Assembly (NCBI GenBank): GCA_963714275.1
Contig: CAVQNT010000006.1
Span: 448,001 to 512,000 of the forward strand
Direction of reading: 5' to 3'
Source of the DNA: Candidatus Bathyarchaeota archaeon
Lineage (GTDB): Archaea; Thermoproteota; Bathyarchaeia; Bathyarchaeales; DTEX01
DNA length: 64,000 nt
Under the pieces are notes generated by a model. It was not told the origin of the DNA. It worked only from the letters and a program-made list of their open reading frames with translations, and searched no databases. The translations under genes and the position numbers were made by a program. Shown here in pieces: positions 56,960-64,000 of this stretch. How positions within the stretch are numbered: the first letter of the stretch is position 1; each line of letters begins with the position of its first letter.

Positions 56960-57551
56960 TTAACCGATCACTCTGCCTTCCACAATTTTGTTTTCGGGGA
57001 TACCTATTTCAGCGGAAAGCCACCGTCTTGCCGTCTTCGAATTGATGACAGTCTTGTAAGCAGCGTCTCCATCAACCGACATATTTCCTTCAGACGCAAG
57101 CATCTGATCCTCGTCTGATTCAGGGCTTCTTTCTATCCAGCGCCTTACGCCTTTATTCACAGGCATCATCGTTTCGTTGAGCTCTACAGAAAAAGTGAAC
57201 ATGTACAGGTCCGAAACAGAGTAAAAGAATGCTTGTTCGCCAATCACCTCGTAGGCTACGAGCAAAGACTCCTTGACTGGCGCCCTTGAAAGACTGCCAG
57301 CTTTTGCAGTTAACCGTTACCAGAGGACCCTTTGTCCCTGTGGCTCCGATAATGTTTCGTATTTTTTGTCCTCCCAGATGTTCGAGTACCCGGTCGAGGA
57401 CTGCCGCCTTCTCTTCAAAAGTCGAAAGATCATTACACACGGCATCGAACCTATCGGCAATTTTTGAAAGCGACTCCTCATGGTCCCTAAGAATGCTTAT
57501 TAGTATGTCTAAAACGTCGACTTTTTCCTGAAATTCCTTAGGAGAAGGCAT
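56960..57551 (-). CDS. Conserved-looking hypothetical protein (frameshift near 57270)
   Basis: KVDVLDILISILRDHEESL...CKSWQSFK, joined to LVAYEV...RRWLSAEIGIPENKIVEG. Confidence 0.6.
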
Positions 57552-57718
57552 ACACGCAAACCTCAGTACAGCATTTCAACATCTAAGAACTTATTAAGAG
57601 ATGCGAAAGCCGATTAAGAACATAAAATCTATAAATCACTATGAGATTTTCATACGTATCTAAAAAATAAAACATAAAAATAAATAAATCCAGTTTATTA
57701 AGACAAGTCATCTAAGCC

Positions 57719-58500
57719 TTAAACCATAGTGGCTATGGATCTTAACCTTAAAACCTCAGTTTGGTCAAGACCTCCCTGTTGTAGAGCGTCTAAAGCAGCA
57801 TACAGGACCCTGAGAGCTTCCTCAACGCTTGGAAGATCATCTGGAATACTTAATCTCGTTGTAGTAGTCCCGTGAATTCCGTGGGCTACTACTTTTAGAT
57901 CAAGTCTGTCAATTTTCTTCTGTATTGCTTGAGGAGTCTTATTCATCGTTGTAGCTATGAGATTAACAGGCTTCTCTTGTTCACACAATTCCCGTAGTTG
58001 CTTTTCCTCCTCAGTCTGTCCAAGGCTTACCTTTCAGCAAATCAATCACCTTTTCAGTTTGTCCTTGAAATACCATTCAACCGCAAGTAAGACCAAAGGC
58101 ACAAGGACTTTGCCGCTTTCCGCATCTCCCCTGATGAGAATGATAACAAGCCCAAGGACGAGAATTAAAGCGATTAAGAAACGGTAGTCAGCCATCCCGA
58201 CTTTGATGCCAAGATTCTTAATTGTTATCCGTGGCTCTTTTCGGGGCTCAGGCATTAAAGGTTCTCCTCTTAATTATGCGCCTACGACCAGAAGTAAAGC
58301 TCAACAATAGAAGCTCGGCGACGTCAGGCGGAATCTCAGTTTTGTGGATAACCGTTACGCCGTCAAGGAAGCTACAGGGATGCAAGTGTAATCGACTTCG
58401 TAAAAGTCGTTGTTAAGTTTGAAACTATTTTGGGCGAGAACAATATGTCTCCGTTTCTGTCCAAGGACTCTCAGGTATATCCCCCAAGCGCGCGCTATGA
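57719..58500 (-). pseudogene. Relic of a virus-like gene cluster: fragment, small membrane protein (58046-58255) and truncated HTH protein
   Basis: Fragment GIYLRVLGQKRRHIVLAQNSF...DYTCIP. HTH protein LKGKPWT..EEEKQLREL...LPSVEEAL..L..AL...GLDQTEVLRLRSI ends early at 57719. Confidence 0.5.
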
Positions 58501-58863
58501 AAAAACGAATACTAGACTCTCAGAAAATCCGTTATTTTACCCTAAGCCTTAAACCATTTATTATGGACATACTGTTTGAGGTATTGTATTTCTCTTTATT
58601 TATCTTAAATATTTCCTACTCTTTATTTATATTGAGGTGAGAAACTGTTGGAAAAAAGATTAGAATCTCTAATAATTGATACTTACGATACAGTTATGAG
58701 AATAGAAAAAAACTTAAGGAAATTGAGGTTAAACTTAACTGAATAGAAAGTAAAACAAAAATGATTTAGATTAACTCTATGAAGATTTTATTATATGTAT
58801 GACTTTGAAACTTCCCTAAGATAATCAATGTATAAGGGACTTAATTCAAAGCAAACATATGGT

Positions 58864-59358
58864 TCAAAGATCATGTGATTCATATTCAACCAGAAGCATT
58901 TTAGAATAGACAGATTCAATCATATCTGAAGGGATATGTTCCAAAATTTTTAAATTATGAGTCTTTGGAACATTGATTATTTCTAAAAGTCGTCTGAGTT
59001 CTCTCTTATCATTTTCCTTTAATCCATTAATAAGGTTCGCATATGTTAGAACTTCACTTAATAATCCCAATTCCACGTGTGATGGAGCCCATGTAATAAG
59101 ATATCGCTCGTTTTTAATAATATCTGGAATTTCATTTTGTGCTTTTTCCTTAATTAAATATGAAATGAAGTCTCTTCGTTCACGAAAAGTTTTAAAGGTT
59201 GTGTCAAAAACCTTGATTGTGTGTGTTCGGAGAAGTTCGTCTTTAATTTTGCCGATTTCCAATCTAAGATTGGGCTTGGAAAAATCATCAAGCAAATAAA
59301 ATATGACTAAAAAAGTTTTGGTATTTTCGTGCCAATTCCAACGAACATATATAGGCAA
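58864..59358 (-). CDS. Hypothetical protein
   Basis: 164-aa AT-rich ORF directly downstream of the HEPN-like gene. Confidence 0.6.
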   Translation of the reverse strand: MPIYVRWNWHENTKTFLVIFYLLDDFSKPNLRLEIGKIKDELLRTHTIKVFDTTFKTFRERRDFISYLIKEKAQNEIPDIIKNERYLITWAPSHVELGLLSEVLTYANLINGLKENDKRELRRLLEIINVPKTHNLKILEHIPSDMIESVYSKMLLVEYESHDL

Positions 59359-59366
59359 TTCAACAC

Positions 59367-60237
59367 CTAACCGTTTGACTGTAATATCTTGGTTAGTTCT
59401 TCAAGACTGTTTGTGCACAGATTTAAAATTTTAAGCCAACCTTCATTCCAATTTGTTAATGGATATCTATCAATACCCAAATTTCTTAAAACCATTAGAA
59501 TCTCGGATGAAGTACAATGAACAGGATACATCTTGTTCCTAAGTGTTATCAAATTTCTTAAATTCGAGGTAGCATGGCGAGGAAGATTATTATAATTTTC
59601 CTTTAGAATATGCTCGAGTATGTTTATCGAACCCTGTAATGTTTTACGCTTTTCTGGATCTTTTATTATGTCTTTTCAGCTCATTCTCATTAATTCTATC
59701 AAAGACACCTGCTAAGGCTTGTATCTTATAAGAAAAATTCTCACAATCTGTACAAGGCTTTGTGAAATCAACAACAGCAAGCATGTCATCTAGAACAGGC
59801 TTGAAAAAGTTTCTACCAAACTTGTCTTTAAAATTGGTATCAAAATAGTTCCTATTCTCAACAAATAATTGAATTGGTGGCATGACAAGTGAGGTTCCAT
59901 AAAGTTCTTTCATTTCTTCCATAACTTTTTCATCAAGTAGAGGAATTAAGTCTGTTTTATTTTGTGATGTATTGAACTCACAGGAATCGCAGTTCTTTGA
60001 CAAATTTAAGTATTTTAAGACTTGACCATAAGTCTGATAAGGACCCACTTTTTCTATCTTCTCGGATCTCTTACAGAAGGCATACCATGCTATTTCTCCA
60101 GTTTTGTAATGCTTACCAGACATTACAAAGCATCTTTTACATCGTGGAATTGTCTCGTCTGTATAAACGTGCATACCATTAAAGTATTTACCCGTATCTC
60201 TAACTGATTTGGGAATGCTCATATTCACTTTTACCAA
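59367..60237 (-). CDS. Cys-rich N-terminus with a putative HEPN C-terminus (frameshifts)
   Basis: CKRC...C...CDSC at the N-terminus and LRNKMYPVH (Rx6H) near the C-terminus. Confidence 0.5.
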
Positions 60238-60464
60238 AAAATCTCCCTCGTTGTAGATTGTATATTCTCATTATTAAAAATTATTGTATAACTTTTGAAA
60301 AATTACTAACTTTTCGCTCCCGCATTAATACTTGTGTTTTCAGGGTTATTTTTGTTGTTTCTAATACAAAATGACCCACAAAACATATATGGGACATACC
60401 CCCTCTTAACGGGGTTTTTACCCCATGAAAACACCGAAAATATGGTCATGGAGGTTTGATAAAA

Positions 60465-61963
60465 ATGCTTACTGGACAACATGGAAATCCGTTTGGAACA
60501 GACATAAAGAATGTCAGAATCTTCTTTAGAGACAACAAACCGCATTCACTAAGAGAATTAAACCACTTGCCTAATGCTCATCCCTATATTCGCAAACTGT
60601 TTCACCAGAGAAATTGCTTAGAACAAGAGATTTACTAAATTACGATTACATTGAGAAACATGGTAAGAAATCAAAATGGTGTCGTATCAGAGGTTACATG
60701 TACATTAGGAAAAAAAGTCCAAAATTGTCTGAGAACAACACATTACAATGGGAGTTCAAATATACAGAAAGCCTTACAATGAAAGCAAACTCAGAAAAGG
60801 TAACGCTACAGTTCATAACATATGAAGAAAGTAAAAAAATGCAGACAGACAACTACAAACAAGTCATATCACAAAATGAAATACTGGAATATTTCAAACA
60901 ACGAGGCATAGGTGCAACATTGTCGATTATATCAACCGATTTGAATGTAGACCCAAAATTAGTGAAAACACATGTTTACAAAATGGTCAGAAATGGAAAA
61001 CTAACAAAGAAAGGAAAATGGAATCAATCATTTGGTCGAGAAACAATATTTAGAGGCAAATTACACGGATACGTCTATGGATTAACACCTGAACAATGCG
61101 ACCTTTTCATTAAATCTGGAGAGGTTTTAAGTCCTGAGACCAATGCCATACTAAAAGAGGTAATTAAAAACTCAAACGAACACAGAGTTACAGCAACACA
61201 TCTCTTCGAACATCCGCCATACAATTATGACCCAGCAGGTGTTAAATATGATGCTGAAGTTCTAACAAATACCTTCCCAAACATTGTAAAAATTGCAGTA
61301 GCAGGATATGTATTAATCTATGATAAAGACAAACTCACAGAAGAAGATGTTGAAAAAGAAAAAACCTATTGGACAAACCAAGCAAGTAAGGACAAATCGC
61401 TGGGACATACTATTGGAGAAACACATGAAAAAGTTGTGCAGATATGCTTAGACCAAATGGGTAAAGACGCAGATATTAAGTGGCTATTTCAATCTGTTAT
61501 TCGTAGTAAAAAAATTAGTTATCAAATACGCCTCAGTAACGGTCGTGAAATAGACAGAATACTGCAAGTAAATATCGAACCATTTGGAATTAAGCATTAC
61601 TATCCAATAGAAGCCAAGTATCAAAGGACAGATGTAATGATTGCAGATGTATTTCAATTTTACGATACACTTTGCAATTCATACGAATACGGTTGTTCTA
61701 TCAAATACAATGGACAAGATGTAAAAACATTGAAGTTCAATGTGACACCTATATTTATCGCTCCAAAAATAACTAAAGACGCAAGGAATTGGGCATTATC
61801 ACATGGTATGATGGTAATTCCAACATGGGTAATGACACAATATTATCGGAAAAAACACAACCTAAAAACTATCGTAATAAAGGATCTTTCAACTGAATTT
61901 CTTAACCGAACAAACAAGAAGCAAACAATTGATGAATTTCTAAAGGAAAAAATAGGCAGGTGA
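60465..61963 (+). CDS. wHTH-containing PD-(D/E)xK nuclease-like protein (frameshift near 60612)
   Basis: SD GGAGGT. HTH ATLSIISTDLNVDPKLVKTHVYKMVRNG, then GETHE...GREID...IEAKY. Confidence 0.6.
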
Positions 61964-61970
61964 ACCAATA

Positions 61971-62240
61971 ATGGTCATACGCAGGGCAACCATCACCAAT
62001 GTGCCTGCGTTGACCAAGATACATCGTGAAGTGTTTAGCGGAAGATGGAATTTATCAGAACAAGATATGACATGGCTTGTAAAACATTGTCTAACGTATT
62101 GGATTAAGGACATTGGTTACATATCTGTTTGTTCAACCAACGGTTATCAAAGAATCGAGTCTCTTGTAGTTATACCCAAATATCAAAGAAAGGGCTACGG
62201 AACACGTTTAGTACGACATGCTCTAATGAAAAGTAAGTGA
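61971..62240 (+). CDS. GNAT acetyltransferase (short or truncated)
   Basis: IRRAT..VPALTKIH and LVVIPKYQRKGYGTRL (acetyl-CoA-binding motif A). Confidence 0.75.
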   Translation: MVIRRATITNVPALTKIHREVFSGRWNLSEQDMTWLVKHCLTYWIKDIGYISVCSTNGYQRIESLVVIPKYQRKGYGTRLVRHALMKSK

Positions 62241-62584
62241 AGAACAACAGTTATGTGCAGCACAAGAAAAGTGAAGTTCTACGAGAAATTCGGTTTTAGA
62301 AAAACCAGAGTGTATAAACATCACGATTGTTGGAATGGACAAACTGCGATACTCATGGTAAAAGAATTCTGAGACTAATGGATTAAAATTTATAGCCCAA
62401 CACATCCGCAGCATTACACAAGTTCACCTATAAATCGCCAAGGTTATCCTTCAATGGCTTTAGTGTGTGTGCGGTGGGTTAAAATTTAATCCCAAACCCA
62501 AACCCAAACTGTGGACCGTATGTTCACATAATTTATATGTTGTAGTGATATAATTCAAATATAGTTTATGAAGGGTGAGAGATC

Positions 62585-62896
62585 ATGTCTTCTTGCGAAA
62601 ACATATTAGCGAGCGAGAAAAATCGAGGTGGATTTACTCTCTCAGTAGTCGCAGAGTTCAATGACTATGGTCCTGTTAAGTATACTATTCGTATTGAAAA
62701 ACCGAATGGGGAATGTGCGGACTTTGTTAGTAGCTTGGATGGATTCAGGAAATTTGGAGAGTTGTTATTAGATTTGCATTCGTTTACAGAAGAAAAACTC
62801 TATGCTACAGACAAAGAAAAACTGAAAGAAATCTTGACTGCTGAAAACATCAAGACTTATGTTACTTTCAAGAAAGTAGGGACATTTAAGAAGTAA
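62585..62896 (+). CDS. Hypothetical protein
   Basis: 103-aa ORF with SD GGGTGA, bracketed by two TTAAAWTTTAA-type sites. Confidence 0.6.
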   Translation: MSSCENILASEKNRGGFTLSVVAEFNDYGPVKYTIRIEKPNGECADFVSSLDGFRKFGELLLDLHSFTEEKLYATDKEKLKEILTAENIKTYVTFKKVGTFKK

Positions 62897-63872
62897 TTCA
62901 AGCTAGCGTTGCACTGAGCAATAAGCTTAGCATTAGACATCAGTCAACTCTCTTTCAACGTAAAAAAAATTTGGTTGGTTGGTTGGATCAAAATTTAACC
63001 GTAACACAGAGGTGTTGATTTTAACCCATTTCTGTGTTGAGGGTTCTGATGGATTTGTTATTTTATGACAAGAACCTTACAACATTAATTTTAGTTACAA
63101 AAAACATGAAACAAGATTATGCCAACACCAAAAGAAATCCTACATGAATTTTACCTATTACTTAACCAATATGTAATTCTGGGAAGTTCCTATATCAAAT
63201 GTAGCGTGATTGGTTTTTTCCACATTAATATTTTCCCGTAATTTGCTGTTTTCTACAAGAAACCTTATTAAAACCAAGTCATAGTGTGCACTCTTTGTTT
63301 GTTTAAACATTTTAGAAGAAAATCTAAACATGATGCAAGTTGCTTGTTACAAAATCCGTAACAATATTGTAGAATATTGTGGAATAACAACAAGTGGAAG
63401 AATCCACATAATTTCTGGTTCGTTTTGTAACATTTTTTACATTGAATCCAATGTGTTATTATGGAAAACATTAATTACGTATGTGAATTTGGTGTTTTAG
63501 TTTTTCAGACCATCTATATGTGTTTACTCTTGTAATAGTGGTTTACCCACACTCACAACCCATTTTTAAAAAACGTATTGTATTTTTATGTAAAATCCTT
63601 TGGATGTTAGGCACCACTTTTGAAACATACAATGAAAACAACAAGATTCTCCCAATCAAACCACAAAAAGGTGGATTTACTGTATTGTCGGACAGTTAGT
63701 AACACAAAACCCAAAGAAAATGGGTTTTCAATGTCCGTTTCCAATACCTTTTACTAAACCCTCTTGGTTTTTTAGTTACAAAGACCGAACTTGTTGTATT
63801 TTTTATCCACACAATTAGTTACAAAACAATGTCTTTTAGGTTTTTAGTGAGTGAGATTCAAACGTACAGACA

Positions 63873-64000
63873 ATGAAATATTTTGAGGATGTAAAGGAGA
63901 CAGAGAAGGCAACGAGGCTTATTGAAACTGAAAATTCAAAATCGAAGGGCAAGGTTGAAAGCATGGGTCTCGAACAAGCCGAGTTCCAAAAGAAGATGAA
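63873..64000 (+). CDS. Start of a CDS cut off by the window end
   Basis: MKYFEDVKETEKATRLIETENSKSKGKVESMGLEQAEFQKKM, open to the end. Confidence 0.35.
   Translation, partial: MKYFEDVKETEKATRLIETENSKSKGKVESMGLEQAEFQKKM

Noticed and set aside
62490-62509. CCCAAACCCAAACCCAAAC as a true telomere or CRISPR repeat
   Set aside because: Only three units, internal to the contig, with no spacers. Treated as the flank of the dispersed palindrome.
63803-63811. TTATCCACA (bacterial DnaA box), also the reverse complement at 58343
   Set aside because: Isolated copies in an archaeal genome with no cluster, so likely chance.

Overview
Archaeal chromosomal window. The 16S rRNA gene, the gene content (Alba, TFE, Nop5/fibrillarin, L13e, L35Ae, S6e, thermosome) and recalled Bathyarchaeia-type small proteins point to TACK archaea, most likely Bathyarchaeia (inference). 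Many essential genes carry single-base indels, so this looks like an error-prone long-read or MAG consensus, and split ORFs are joined here. Housekeeping blocks include pyk/glucan phosphorylase, nop5-fibrillarin, a DAP-type lysine cluster with an Lrp regulator, tyrA/chorismate mutase, tfe-trm56-hflX-mbf1, nac-thermosome and a stand-alone 16S rRNA gene. These alternate with accessory blocks. Most notable: (1) a 5.4-kb segment (21842-27260) bounded by identical 191-bp inverted repeats, with no recombinase, carrying SSB, Alba, an RHH protein, an RNase HII-like::TFE fusion and a copied fragment of a neighbouring gene; (2) two families of dispersed palindromic motifs (TTAAAWTTTAA with GT-rich/AC-rich flanks, and TAGCTSAGCTA), some at the junctions of that segment; (3) a signalling island pairing a GH3-family acyl-amido synthetase with a 7TM-type histidine kinase, a receiver protein and regulators; (4) an AT-rich right end with HEPN-like, PD-(D/E)xK and GNAT genes and a virus-like relic. 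All family calls come from reading motifs by eye; no database searches were run.
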